Source: a virus
Lineage: Duplodnaviria > Caudoviricetes
Length of the DNA stretch: 64,000 nt
Direction: 5' to 3' (one strand)
IMG/VR virus record: IMGVR_UViG_3300031992_000055
Location: 1-64,000 of that record
The notes beneath the pieces were generated by a model. That model had not been told where the DNA came from, searched no databases, and saw only the letters and a program-made list of their open reading frames with translations. This document shows, in pieces, positions 39,539-49,105 of the stretch. Positions within the stretch are counted from its first letter, which is position 1; the number at the start of each line of letters is the position of its first letter. Both the position numbers and the translations under genes were made by a program.

Positions 39539-40465
39539 TTATTCCCAAGGCAACTCAGAAGAGGAGCCACCAAAAGGATCTTCACTCTTAGGAGTATCAA
39601 GATTTGTAGGCGTTACTTCCCACTCTGCAAGAGGTTGTACTTTGAACTCTGTAGTTGGATATGCTCCAGAGGCTTTTGCATTATTGAGTTCCTTCTCCAG
39701 TTTAACATAAGACCTTTCTCCTGCATTATTAGCAAGAATCATATTGACTCTGGTTGCAATAGCCTGATACTGCCTCTGTCCATTCTCTGTCTCTGCAGTA
39801 CGAATACCATAAAGCAGCTGAATTTTGTTACTAGGCCTTATGGCAAGAGCCTCTTTAAGCTCAGAGAAGTTGCCGGAGAAATAGTCTTTAATGTGATTCA
39901 GACTAAACATATAGTTCTCAGGATGCTCTTTCTTTACCCAAGAACCATTGACATAATTGAAAACACTCTCAACACCAAGATAGACCTTGAGGAAAAACAC
40001 AAGTTCTGCTTCTCCTGCATATGCCATTCTGTACTTAGAATCAATCCTTAATTCTTTTCCTTCAGAAGACAGTAGTTTCTTTCCTGTTTTGGCGTCTTCT
40101 ACTGATGCCCATGCACTGTTGCCAAAATCATCAATAACTTGAACTTTGGTCTTATCTCTATTATAGGCAGGAGTCTCACGGAGAGTAAACATCATTCTAT
40201 TGATAATTTCAATGCCATTGTTTTTCTTTGGGTCAGTCTTCACTATAAAGTGAACCCTTGCTTCTCTACCATTCTCTCCATTTACTACATACTCTGGATC
40301 TTTATCCTGAGAGTTACCGTAGATAGCCTCAAGTTCCTTCTTAGAAGGATTAACTGCTAACACATAAGAACTTGCAACACCGATGTAACGTTTAAACTCT
40401 TGGGCCTCTGTAGACTCTTTGGTGTTACCAATTGTAAGAAAACTGTAAGCGTTTATTCTTTTCAT
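39539..40465 (-). CDS. Conserved replication-module protein, possible ssDNA-binding protein
   Basis: Acidic tail ending ELPWE; position beside primase. Confidence 0.55.
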   Translation of the reverse strand: MKRINAYSFLTIGNTKESTEAQEFKRYIGVASSYVLAVNPSKKELEAIYGNSQDKDPEYVVNGENGREARVHFIVKTDPKKNNGIEIINRMMFTLRETPAYNRDKTKVQVIDDFGNSAWASVEDAKTGKKLLSSEGKELRIDSKYRMAYAGEAELVFFLKVYLGVESVFNYVNGSWVKKEHPENYMFSLNHIKDYFSGNFSELKEALAIRPSNKIQLLYGIRTAETENGQRQYQAIATRVNMILANNAGERSYVKLEKELNNAKASGAYPTTEFKVQPLAEWEVTPTNLDTPKSEDPFGGSSSELPWE

Positions 40466-40483
40466 ACATTAAAAATTAAAAGA

Positions 40484-40951
40484 TTATTGAAAAATGTCAT
40501 TAGAAAGAGGATCAATCTGTTTTTCCTCTTCTACTCTTTGGGCGTCATAGTCAAAGTCATTGCCAAATACTCCTTCTGTAGTAGGTACTTCGATAGGCTC
40601 TTCATTTTCTGTAGTTACTTCCTCTTCTTCAATAGCAACCACATACTGCTTCTTTGCCTCGTCATATCTTACAATGTCAGTAGGCAAGAATTTTGTTGAC
40701 TTGATGGGTTTACCCTCAGCATTAGTTCCAGTAACCTCTACCACCTTCTTCACAAGGTCAGTCACATGGAATCCTGTCACCTCTACAATGCCCTTTTCTA
40801 AGGCAGCAATCATAGCCTGATAGTTCTTTCTCTCTTCTTCAAGGGCTTGTATCTTGTCCTCGATAGGCTTAAGTTTTTTGACAATAGGATCAATTGCCTT
40901 TGCTACACTCCTCACACTCTGAAACTGTGTGTACGAAATTCTTTTTTCCAT
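40484..40951 (-). CDS. Hypothetical protein
   Basis: ORF in operon. Confidence 0.7.
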   Translation of the reverse strand: MEKRISYTQFQSVRSVAKAIDPIVKKLKPIEDKIQALEEERKNYQAMIAALEKGIVEVTGFHVTDLVKKVVEVTGTNAEGKPIKSTKFLPTDIVRYDEAKKQYVVAIEEEEVTTENEEPIEVPTTEGVFGNDFDYDAQRVEEEKQIDPLSNDIFQ

Positions 40952-40990
40952 TGTTTTTTGATTTTAGTTAATGATTATACTTATGCAGTC

Positions 40991-41692
40991 TTACTGCATT
41001 TTATAATATTCTCGTATTCTATTATCTACAAGTTTAAGACTATTTGGAATCTCAAACTCTTTAAATAATCCAAGAGGTGTCTTAGCCGATGAATGATTTG
41101 CTCTTGTCTGGAAATAATATTTATTATCGCCATCATCTCCATACTCTACTCTTGTCATTAATACAATAGGGTAAAAACCTTCTGGCTGAGTTTTAGTTAG
41201 TTTCTTTCCAATCACTGAAAATACCATTTTCTCTGTTCCATCTTGCTGCGTTTGAAGCATAGTATGTCCAAAGATATAGACAATCTGATCTTTTCTAAGA
41301 AAAGTATTACAAAGCATATTAAGTTCAATAACATCATTTGCAACATCTCTCCATTGATCAAATGACATCTTTTTTCTATCATTGAATTCTTTCATTGCAA
41401 GATAGATATTTACAGTATCAATAGCTATCGACTTAATGCTTTCTTGTTTTGCACAATATTCAAGGGCCTTTCTAATGCCTTCAAAAGAGGCAGGCTCCAT
41501 ATAGTTTTTGTGCTCGGCATCCCACATTCCACCAGGAAATGGTAAAGTCTTCCTGTCAAGATTGATAATAAAATGTGATTCGGGGTCCATACCCTGATAG
41601 TTCTCAAGGTCAAATTTGCCGTCTGGATTAATAATAGTGGAAGTTGTTTTTCCATCTCCAGAGGCACCAAGGATTGCTACAATAGTTGCCAT
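40991..41692 (-). CDS. Phage P-loop ATPase (AAA_24/Sak4-like)
   Basis: GASGDGKTT, IAIDT, SAKTP.G.F. Confidence 0.8.
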   Translation of the reverse strand: MATIVAILGASGDGKTTSTIINPDGKFDLENYQGMDPESHFIINLDRKTLPFPGGMWDAEHKNYMEPASFEGIRKALEYCAKQESIKSIAIDTVNIYLAMKEFNDRKKMSFDQWRDVANDVIELNMLCNTFLRKDQIVYIFGHTMLQTQQDGTEKMVFSVIGKKLTKTQPEGFYPIVLMTRVEYGDDGDNKYYFQTRANHSSAKTPLGLFKEFEIPNSLKLVDNRIREYYKMQ

Positions 41693-41699
41693 TTATTTT

Positions 41700-42314
41700 C
41701 TATTTTTTATTATAATTTTTCATGTAAGTTTTCATGTAATCAGGATGTGCCTCTCTCCATTTTGCTGCTCTTATTCTTGCTTTTTCAAGAGTTACTGGAT
41801 TTTTCTTTTGCTCTAATACTTTTTCTCTATTTTTTCTATAATAGTTTCTTGCTGCTTCTTTCTTTTTTTCTTTAAATTTTTCATACTGTTCTTTATCATA
41901 TTTATGATGAGACTCTCTGTATTTTTTGGATTGGGTAGTCCTATATTTAGCAGTTCTACTTTCCTTTCCAAAATTATGTCCATCTCATCCTATTGTCATA
42001 TTATATGAAATGCCTAAATTTCTATAGTGTCTAATTAAAGAAACTTCAAGATTCTTTGCTCTTTCTTCAGATAATTCAGAGAATAGTATTTCGTGTTTAA
42101 TATTATTCCATCCATACTTTTGAATAGCTCTGTAGAACACTGAGCATTTACTATAAAGAATACCATTTTTACCCCATCTTTTTTGTGGGTCTTTATAGTG
42201 TGTAATGTCTATATATACTTTCCCAGAAGGAGACGTATGTCTATACACACACCAACTGTCTATTGGAGTTAAACATTTTTCTGATTCCACTTCTGCTCTT
42301 TTTGGTGAACACAA
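41700..42314 (-). pseudogene. Decayed GIY-YIG homing endonuclease
   Basis: CVYRH..KVYIDIT (G>D in YIG), YNMTIG*DG with TGA at 41985-41987; frame continues to TAG at 41700. Confidence 0.75.
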
Positions 42315-42355
42315 AATTACCTAGTGATAGGTCACCAGGCAATCATATTAAAAAA

Positions 42356-43468
42356 TTACTTAGTCATATTATCTTGAATTAGTTTATATACTTGTTTGAG
42401 TGCTATGTGGTCATTGCTTTTAGGTAAAGGAGCAAAGAAATTAGTTGCACCATCAAAATATAATGCTAATACACCATTACTTTCTCCTTCACGATTTAAA
42501 ACTACCTCTAGGAATCGTGCATATCCTTTTAATTTTGTAATATCATACTTAAGATAATCAGGAATTTCAAAAGCATATGGATTAGTAATTCCTAACATTA
42601 CTGATGTAGCCTTTCCTGTGTCTTTAGAATCAGCTAATCCAGCTAATGTAGGTCTTATTTTATTTGCTTTAAAAGCATCTAATCCAATAGTTTCAATATT
42701 CTGCTGTTGAACACAAATGGGAATATAGTTATAGTGATTTCTAAAGACCATCATATATTCAGTGAGTTTGTCTATACATTGTTTGAGGTTTAGGCCTCTT
42801 TCTAACTCACATAGGCTGATATGGTCATATATAGTTATCACATACTCATCTCTATCTTTTGGTTCATAGTAATCAAAGACTTCTTTTTCTTGTTTTACTC
42901 CTGTTTCTTTATTTTCTATGGTAATTGTTTTTCTATGAATAGTGCCTGCTTCTTCAGCATATCTTTTTACTGTCTTATAATATCCTGTTGGATTTCTTTC
43001 AGTAATAAAATGCACATGTTCTTCATAAAAATCTAATATGCTCCTATATTCAAGACTATTAAGAACTTTAAGGATATCTGCATCTATAACATTCTCTTTA
43101 CTTATAGATTGCAATTTCATTGGGGATACTCTTATTTTTCTTCCCGAAAGGACATAGAGAAGATGACACATAAATCTTATGGTTATCTTCTCTGGTGTCT
43201 CTTCAAGAGGGAAATAGAATATTTGAACTCTTAGTTTGTCTTGATGATAATAAGCATATAAAATGGGAGTATAAAGAAATAGGTAACTTGTTATTTGTGA
43301 TTTACCACTCTTACTTGCTCCACTAACAAGATACATTTTTCCCTGTTCAATGCCAGGGAAATCATTTCTAAAGCCTTTAAACGGTGAAGGTATGCAATTT
43401 ATATCTCCTCTAAGAACTCTTTGTCTTCTTTCTTCAAGATTATTTAAAATTCTTGTTATCAGACTCAT
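42356..43468 (-). CDS. dnaB: Replicative helicase (DnaB-like)
   Basis: GASKSGKS, PLEE, IYDH, VQQQ, LNREG. Confidence 0.85.
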   Translation of the reverse strand: MSLITRILNNLEERRQRVLRGDINCIPSPFKGFRNDFPGIEQGKMYLVSGASKSGKSQITSYLFLYTPILYAYYHQDKLRVQIFYFPLEETPEKITIRFMCHLLYVLSGRKIRVSPMKLQSISKENVIDADILKVLNSLEYRSILDFYEEHVHFITERNPTGYYKTVKRYAEEAGTIHRKTITIENKETGVKQEKEVFDYYEPKDRDEYVITIYDHISLCELERGLNLKQCIDKLTEYMMVFRNHYNYIPICVQQQNIETIGLDAFKANKIRPTLAGLADSKDTGKATSVMLGITNPYAFEIPDYLKYDITKLKGYARFLEVVLNREGESNGVLALYFDGATNFFAPLPKSNDHIALKQVYKLIQDNMTK

Positions 43469-43907
43469 ATATCAACTTATTAAGATGTTCTGCTTCATCT
43501 TGTAAAAGATGCTCATATTTCCATCTTGCTTTTAGTAGGCAGTTTCCCCTTCCTGCTCCTGCTCTTAAATAGGGTCTTCCAGTTAAAAGAATAGCATATT
43601 TTGCTATGGTTTTGTCTATGGCTTTTGCAATTATAGAATATAACTTCATTTTTGCTTTAGATTCTGCTATTCTTTCTCCTAAAATAGAGTCAAACACATC
43701 ATCTTCATGACACTTTGCTTTTCCTGACACTGTAAGTGTGGATGTCATTGGATCAAAATTGTCTTCTGGTATATGAGATATTAAATCCCATTTGCACCAC
43801 AAATCTGTTGCTCCTCCTACTAATTCTGCCTTTAGAGTAACAATAGTTACCCGATTATTAAAAGAGTAAACTGTTTTATAATCTTTGTCAAAACTAAGTT
43901 TAATCAT
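43440..43907 (-). CDS. Hypothetical protein
   Basis: GKAKCHEDDVFD..GERIAESKA motif. Confidence 0.7.
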   Translation of the reverse strand: MIKLSFDKDYKTVYSFNNRVTIVTLKAELVGGATDLWCKWDLISHIPEDNFDPMTSTLTVSGKAKCHEDDVFDSILGERIAESKAKMKLYSIIAKAIDKTIAKYAILLTGRPYLRAGAGRGNCLLKARWKYEHLLQDEAEHLNKLIYESDNKNFK

Positions 43908-43910
43908 ATT

Positions 43911-44531
43911 TTAATTTTTAGAATTCATTATCCAATCTTCGTTTTCTATATTGCCTTCATCTTTATTTTCTAAGAAGGTAGCAAGATCTGAGACTTGTTC
44001 TACTTTGTTTACTATTTCCCCATTCTCATCTTGAACTTGTTTAATAGCATCTTTAAGGATAAAGTATTTGGCTAATCTCATATCTTTGTATCTTCCAAAG
44101 AAAGAGGCAACGTATCTCTTAGTAGCATCTATAATTTCTGCATCTGTAAAATTTCCATATATAAGAAAGAATTTCTTTAGTTTACTAACAATTTCTTTTG
44201 TATTACTTCTGTAATAATACGGAGAACCTAATCTTTGCTGTTTGCCTGCAGGAAAACACTCTCTTATTTTTTCTGCAAGTTTAAGAAGTCTTTCTTCACT
44301 ATGGCCATTAGAAGAATCACAGATAACCTCTTCTATTATATTATCCCATGGCTGTCTGACATAGTAGTCATTTACACTTTCATCATAGAATAATATTTTT
44401 CTATCTTCTAATTTTTTAATAATCGCATTATAAGAGGTATCTTGATTGAGTTTTACTGCCAATATACAGGCAGCCTCTTCTATTGTTAAACTGTATTTTT
44501 TACATGCTTCTTCAATAATTGATATTTTCAT
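43911..44531 (-). CDS. Hypothetical protein, possible replication initiator/helicase loader
   Basis: ORF between SF2 helicase and DnaB. Confidence 0.6.
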   Translation of the reverse strand: MKISIIEEACKKYSLTIEEAACILAVKLNQDTSYNAIIKKLEDRKILFYDESVNDYYVRQPWDNIIEEVICDSSNGHSEERLLKLAEKIRECFPAGKQQRLGSPYYYRSNTKEIVSKLKKFFLIYGNFTDAEIIDATKRYVASFFGRYKDMRLAKYFILKDAIKQVQDENGEIVNKVEQVSDLATFLENKDEGNIENEDWIMNSKN

Positions 44532-45724
44532 AATTCTTTCATCGAATGAATAATTCTTATAAATTCTCTATTATAATTAGCAAACATCTTCTGCACAATC
44601 TCCTCTTCTCTAGTACCTGTGTAATAAGGTACGATAATAACAGGTTTCTTATGTCTCATTGCTCTACCCAAGCGTTGAGGAATAATTACTTCTGAAGAAG
44701 AAAGATTAGCAAAGATAGCATATCTGCAATCTACTAAGTTGGCATTCTCGTTAAGGATATTTACTGCGGTAATATGATGTATCTTCTTTTGATTAAATCT
44801 TTCATATATATCCGTAGCATTTTTCTTTTTTGAATGAATGCAATTTCTTCCTAATTCTTCTGATTGTTTTATAGTCTTGCAGAATGTAATAGTGCGAGAA
44901 TTCCTAAGTTTCCTAAGTAGCAGTTTTACTATTTGGAGTTTGCAATCAGCAAGAAATTCAAGTCTTTTACCACAAAGGTAAAGCCAAGATTGTTCTTTTT
45001 GTTTGCTTCTTGTTCTCATATATAAATCTTTCATCCAAGATATTTGAGAATTTAACTCATTCATTTTTTGTTGCTGAGTGCAACGAATAATGACCCTTAT
45101 AGTTTTATTTTTCTTCCATTTCCATATATCCTTAAAAGGAGCTTCAATGGTTGGAGATGCTATTTTAGGATTAAGAACTATTGTTTCAGAAATTTTTGTA
45201 GTTTCGAGAGATAGAGGCCAGAGAATGATTTCTGGCTCAGGTAGAATATCATCCTCAATGGCCTCTGTAATATCACAAGAAACTATGGCTGCTTTATACT
45301 TGTACTTAAAGAGCTGTTTGAGATCTCTGGGAATAGTAGCACTGAGACCAAGCATATAGGAAAATTTGATAGTGGACAAAAGTTCTTTTCTGATATCACT
45401 TTTTATGTGATGAACTTCATCCATGACAATAAAATCAAATGCTTCTTTTGTATGCTTTTTGAGAGATTCATAACATTCAATGACTACATTGTCTACTTTT
45501 ATTCCTCCCCATTTCTCAAATTCATCTTTCCAAGTAGTTTTATGTACATTCTTGGCTACAAGAAGAAGCATAGTTGTAGGTTTGCCTTCATACTTCTGAA
45601 CTAAAGTATTAATAAGGTCAATTGCTATCTTACTCTTGCCTAGACCTGTTGCAGCCTCAAGCAAAAGACAATTACTATTGCCTAACTTCTGTAGACAAGA
45701 CTCATATACTTCTTCTCTTGTCAT
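44528..45724 (-). CDS. SF2 DExH helicase
   Basis: ATGLGKS, DEVH, LSAT, QRLGRAMR. Confidence 0.9.
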   Translation of the reverse strand: MTREEVYESCLQKLGNSNCLLLEAATGLGKSKIAIDLINTLVQKYEGKPTTMLLLVAKNVHKTTWKDEFEKWGGIKVDNVVIECYESLKKHTKEAFDFIVMDEVHHIKSDIRKELLSTIKFSYMLGLSATIPRDLKQLFKYKYKAAIVSCDITEAIEDDILPEPEIILWPLSLETTKISETIVLNPKIASPTIEAPFKDIWKWKKNKTIRVIIRCTQQQKMNELNSQISWMKDLYMRTRSKQKEQSWLYLCGKRLEFLADCKLQIVKLLLRKLRNSRTITFCKTIKQSEELGRNCIHSKKKNATDIYERFNQKKIHHITAVNILNENANLVDCRYAIFANLSSSEVIIPQRLGRAMRHKKPVIIVPYYTGTREEEIVQKMFANYNREFIRIIHSMKEL

Positions 45725-45735
45725 TGTTTACAGTT

Positions 45736-45996
45736 TTAATTATACCATGTGTCATGATCTAAAGAGGACCTTCTCATGAGTTCTTCATCAGCAATCATAT
45801 CTTTGAAGTCCTCTTCAGCTATAGAGTCAAAGAACTCATCTTCTACAATCTGCATTTCTTCTTTATGAGTTCTATCTATAAGTTCGTTGATTTCATGAAT
45901 ACACTCTTCAAGCACCTCTCTTTGAGAGGGCTCATATAAATTTTCTCTTTCTCTCCACTGGGAGATGAGAGTCTGCATATCATTTTCCCAAATCAT
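45736..45996 (-). CDS. Hypothetical acidic protein
   Basis: ORF, ATGA overlap. Confidence 0.65.
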   Translation of the reverse strand: MIWENDMQTLISQWRERENLYEPSQREVLEECIHEINELIDRTHKEEMQIVEDEFFDSIAEEDFKDMIADEELMRRSSLDHDTWYN

Positions 45997-46310
45997 AAGA
46001 ACAAGGTTTTAAGTATTTTAAGAATTCTCTCCCACATTCCATTAGAGGCTTTTACACCAGCACCATTTTTACGGTTCTTGGTAGCATAGTTCTCTGTGAT
46101 GTAGGAACCAATCCATACATCGTCTTTCTTAGATAGGACAGTATACCAGTGTGCTTGTACACCACTTACACTTCTGCCTATTTGTTCTGCTACAAGCATG
46201 AAGCAATGGTGGTTTCCTTTGTGTCCATACACCCTGAGAGTGTCAAGAAGGACTTTATCTTCTGCGTCAGTCCATCTTTTAATCTGCTTTTTTGTTTTTG
46301 CTTTTTTCAT
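45993..46310 (-). CDS. Myb/SANT-like HTH DNA-binding protein
   Basis: RWTDAEDKVLL...VAEQIGRSVSGVQAHW. Confidence 0.7.
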   Translation of the reverse strand: MKKAKTKKQIKRWTDAEDKVLLDTLRVYGHKGNHHCFMLVAEQIGRSVSGVQAHWYTVLSKKDDVWIGSYITENYATKNRKNGAGVKASNGMWERILKILKTLFL

Positions 46311-46369
46311 TGTTTAAAAGATTAAATAATTAATTATGAATATATATAAAGCGTGAATTGTCAACAAAT

Positions 46370-46405
46370 AAAAAAGCTCTCTCTTGTTTCACAACAAAAG
46401 AGAGT
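46370..46405 (-). terminator. GUGA-loop intrinsic terminator downstream of the tRNA cluster
   Basis: CTCTCTTTTGTT-GTGA-AACAAGAGAGAG-CTTTTTT on minus strand. Confidence 0.65.
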
Positions 46406-46590
46406 AGATTTCAAAATAAATTAACTCAAAATTTTATCTAAGCTCTCTTTTCACAAAGAAAACATAGATAAGGTCTTATAAATCCGAAGTTGCATGAAAA
46501 CAAAACAAATCTAACGAACTAAAAATCTTAAGGATTTATTAAGAACCTCTACCTATTAAAATAAGCAATTAAAATAATAATAATGGCTTG

Positions 46591-47167
46591 TGGGCCTTGT
46601 AGGGTTTGAACCTACGACCTTCAGATTCCTGCCACACTATGTTACCATAGCCAAATTTAGGAAAGAAATACTACTTACCCTCCATAATAGTAAGCTGGAT
46701 TAGTTTCAGTAATCTTCTTCATCATTTGTTGTGGTCTGGACTGTCTCTTTACCATATTGAAATTCTTGCAAGTAATCTATTTTAACGTAGAAGGGAATTT
46801 GCAAACCCTCATCTCTGTACGTTACAGTGTTTTTTCTTTATTCAAACTACTACGCTTATTATTAGACAATTTCAACTTAGGTATTCACCCGTTCAGTCTC
46901 TACACGTTTGTAAGGAATATCATCCAGGTATAGGGCAATTTCAACCTACAGAGTATTCAATATATTATCTGATTCCTTATTTTCGCTCGGTATTGTCCTT
47001 ACACATTATTGATTAGTGTTGTTATAAACATCATAACGGTACCTGTAATGATGTAACAACATAAAAAGGATTTCCACCGAATTTGGGTGATTCTACATAG
47101 GGATTTCTCGCCTATGCACACAATTTTACTATGAGTCTGCTGCTCTAACCTACTGAGCTAAAGGCCC
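46591..47167 (-). tRNA. tRNA-Ile2(CAU), intron-split (exons 47131-47167 and 46591-46627)
   Basis: Spliced GGGCCTTTAGCTCAGTAGGTTAGAGCAGCAGACTCAT|AATCTGAAGGTCGTAGGTTCAAACCCTACAAGGCCCA folds as a cloverleaf and resembles bacterial lysidine tRNA-Ile; Met not excluded. Confidence 0.88.
46628..47130 (-). ncRNA. Group I intron (IC3-like, 503 nt, no ORF) in the anticodon loop
   Basis: Inserted after CAU, ends in G; AAATTCGGTGGAA, AATACCGAGC, GTAGAGACTG, AGACAGTCC; P3 CACCC/GGGTG. Confidence 0.9.
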
Positions 47168-47276
47168 TTAATATGTATATAAAGTTACTAATTCTTTAAA
47201 TGGCGGAGTCTACCAATCTCACGACTAATAGACTCCTAGCTATCAAATCCAAATCAAATACACAATAAACATTTAG

Positions 47277-47350
<74 letters not shown>

Positions 47351-47427
47351 AAGAGAGGGGGAGCTGGCAAAGGTACACAACATTTTATGAAAATCCAAAA
47401 CAACTATGAGTACTCCCCCTCCTATTA

Positions 47428-47556
47428 TTAGAAGAGGTCTAAAAGACCTCTATCTCCATCTCCACAGCATGTTGCTATTATGCATAATGCTAATATAAGT
47501 GCAAAGAAAGTGTATAATATTATTTCTTCCAAATTATTTTTTAATTTCTTTCTCAT
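47428..47556 (-). CDS. Small membrane protein
   Basis: MRKKLKNNLEEIILYTFFALILALCIIATCC. Confidence 0.5.
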   Translation of the reverse strand: MRKKLKNNLEEIILYTFFALILALCIIATCCGDGDRGLLDLF

Positions 47557-47668
47557 CCTTATTATTTTTGTAATATTTCTCATAACTTTCAAAATTAACT
47601 TTTCCATGTGAATAAGTACATCTTGCAATAAGATTACAGTTACTTTTATCTAGATATTTATACATAGG

Positions 47669-47872
47669 TCAGTCTTTTTTGATGTTTGTCCATGCACTTA
47701 TATGTAAAGCACTTTTATTTTCTTGTTCTCTCAGATATCTATTTTGAATCTCCTCCATTACTGGATTCAACTCAGTGATGTACTGTACAAAGACTCTGCC
47801 TTGTTTTGTTAGCTCACTTTGAATGTCTTTAATAGCACATTCTTGGGCTTGTTTTTGTTCGATTGTTAGCAT
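47669..47872 (-). CDS. Hypothetical early protein
   Basis: ORF with A-rich initiation region. Confidence 0.65.
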   Translation of the reverse strand: MLTIEQKQAQECAIKDIQSELTKQGRVFVQYITELNPVMEEIQNRYLREQENKSALHISAWTNIKKD

Positions 47873-47914
47873 AATTATAAATGTTTAAGGTTAGGTTAAG
47901 TCAGGGATTAATGT

Positions 47915-47950
47915 ACAAAAAGGGAAGGACAGTAAGTACTGTCACTTCCC
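47915..47950 (-). terminator. Terminator hairpin after tRNA-Leu
   Basis: GGGAAGTGACAGTA-CT-TACTGTCCTTCCC-TTTTT. Confidence 0.65.
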
Positions 47951-47982
47951 ATCATTGTACTAACCCCTTAAACAATGATAAC

Positions 47983-48068
47983 TGGTACCTCCAATGGGAT
48001 TCGAACCCACACACCCAAATGGGCAAGGGATTTTAAGTCCCTAGTGTCTACCATTCCACCATGGAGGC
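47983..48068 (-). tRNA. tRNA-Leu(UAA)
   Basis: GCCTCCA/TGGAGGT, AGGGA-CTTAAAA-TCCCT, long variable arm, GGTTCGAATCC, encoded CCA. Confidence 0.95.
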
Positions 48069-48081
48069 AACTTTTTTAGTA

Positions 48082-48390
48082 TTAATCTAAAGTCCAAGAA
48101 TCTAATCCTATAGGAATATTTTCAACTTCAATAAGCTGAGGCGTCATAACAGTAATTTGAACTTGTATAGTTCTATCTGTTGGAAGGCTTCCTTTGATAA
48201 TATTCTTAGAAATCTTAAGATTAACTATTTGTTGTGTGTATATCATTTCTGTAATAAAAGAAGTAATAGGAGTTTGGCGAATCTTCTTATTAGAAGCTCT
48301 TTTAAAGAGTTTCTTTATTCCTGCTTTATGTTCTGCGCATCTCTTATCTCATTTTTTGTTTTTCTTGTTGTCTTTCGTTGTTCTGCTCAT
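48082..48390 (-). pseudogene. Basic 102-codon gene with in-frame TGA at codon 14
   Basis: MSRTTKDNKKNKK*DKRCAEHKAGIKKLFKRASNKKIRQ...; open frame fills the gap to tRNA-Leu. Confidence 0.5.
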
Positions 48391-48490
48391 CTTTATAGGA
48401 ATTACATAATTTTATTGAGCTTACCATGATGCCACAGTACTTTTGTACTGGGCAACCATGGCAATTTTTATAAACATCTAAATATTTCAT
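48344..48490 (-). CDS. Small Cys-rich protein
   Basis: MKYLDVYKNCHGCPVQKYC; ATGA-coupled. Confidence 0.55.
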   Translation of the reverse strand: MKYLDVYKNCHGCPVQKYCGIMVSSIKLCNSYKDEQNNERQQEKQKMR

Positions 48491-48741
48491 ATTTTTGTTG
48501 TAAAACCTCTTCTTTTTAGTTCTGCACAAAGATATGGAAGAAAGGCTTTTCTTATACCTAATCTTTTAATCATTTTTACACAATTTAGAATATGCCATAA
48601 AGACATGTCTTTATAGAGGATTAGTTCACCCTCTTTGGTTGTCCACCCTAAATGTCTATTGTTATACGCTTCTTCTATCTCTGTAAGGATGCTGTCCTCA
48701 TCTATCATGAAAGGAGCTATCCAATCGTCATAGTATGCCAT
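48487..48741 (-). CDS. Hypothetical protein
   Basis: WTTKEG..KDM..HILNC phage motif. Confidence 0.7.
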   Translation of the reverse strand: MAYYDDWIAPFMIDEDSILTEIEEAYNNRHLGWTTKEGELILYKDMSLWHILNCVKMIKRLGIRKAFLPYLCAELKRRGFTTKI

Positions 48742-49105
48742 TAGTTTATTGTATATAATCTGTAAAAGTAGAGTAGAGGAAGGAGCAATAGTCAGTCAGA
48801 CTATATTGATTGATGGAATTAAAGGAATGTAATTAACTATTGAAGTAAGTCTAACTTACGGCATCCTTCCTCTATTACACAGCCACTATGGTGGGTGGAA
48901 TTTGTTCTGTGTCTCTACTATGAAAACTACCCTGAATTATGCACCCTTTATAGAGTGTGACGCCAACAGGGTTTAGTGAAAATGGAGTCTTCGCGGCCCT
49001 ACTAAAATGGGTAAGCAACTCCGCTCTTCTTACGTCAATTAAAGGCAAGGAGTAGACACTGCGGCGCTACAGCAGGCAGTGTAAGTCCTACTCTTCTTAC
49101 CTTGA

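Noticed and set aside
23019-45724. Inteins in PolA, NrdD, DnaB or the helicase
   Set aside because: Protein lengths are normal and no C/S...HN splice motifs were seen
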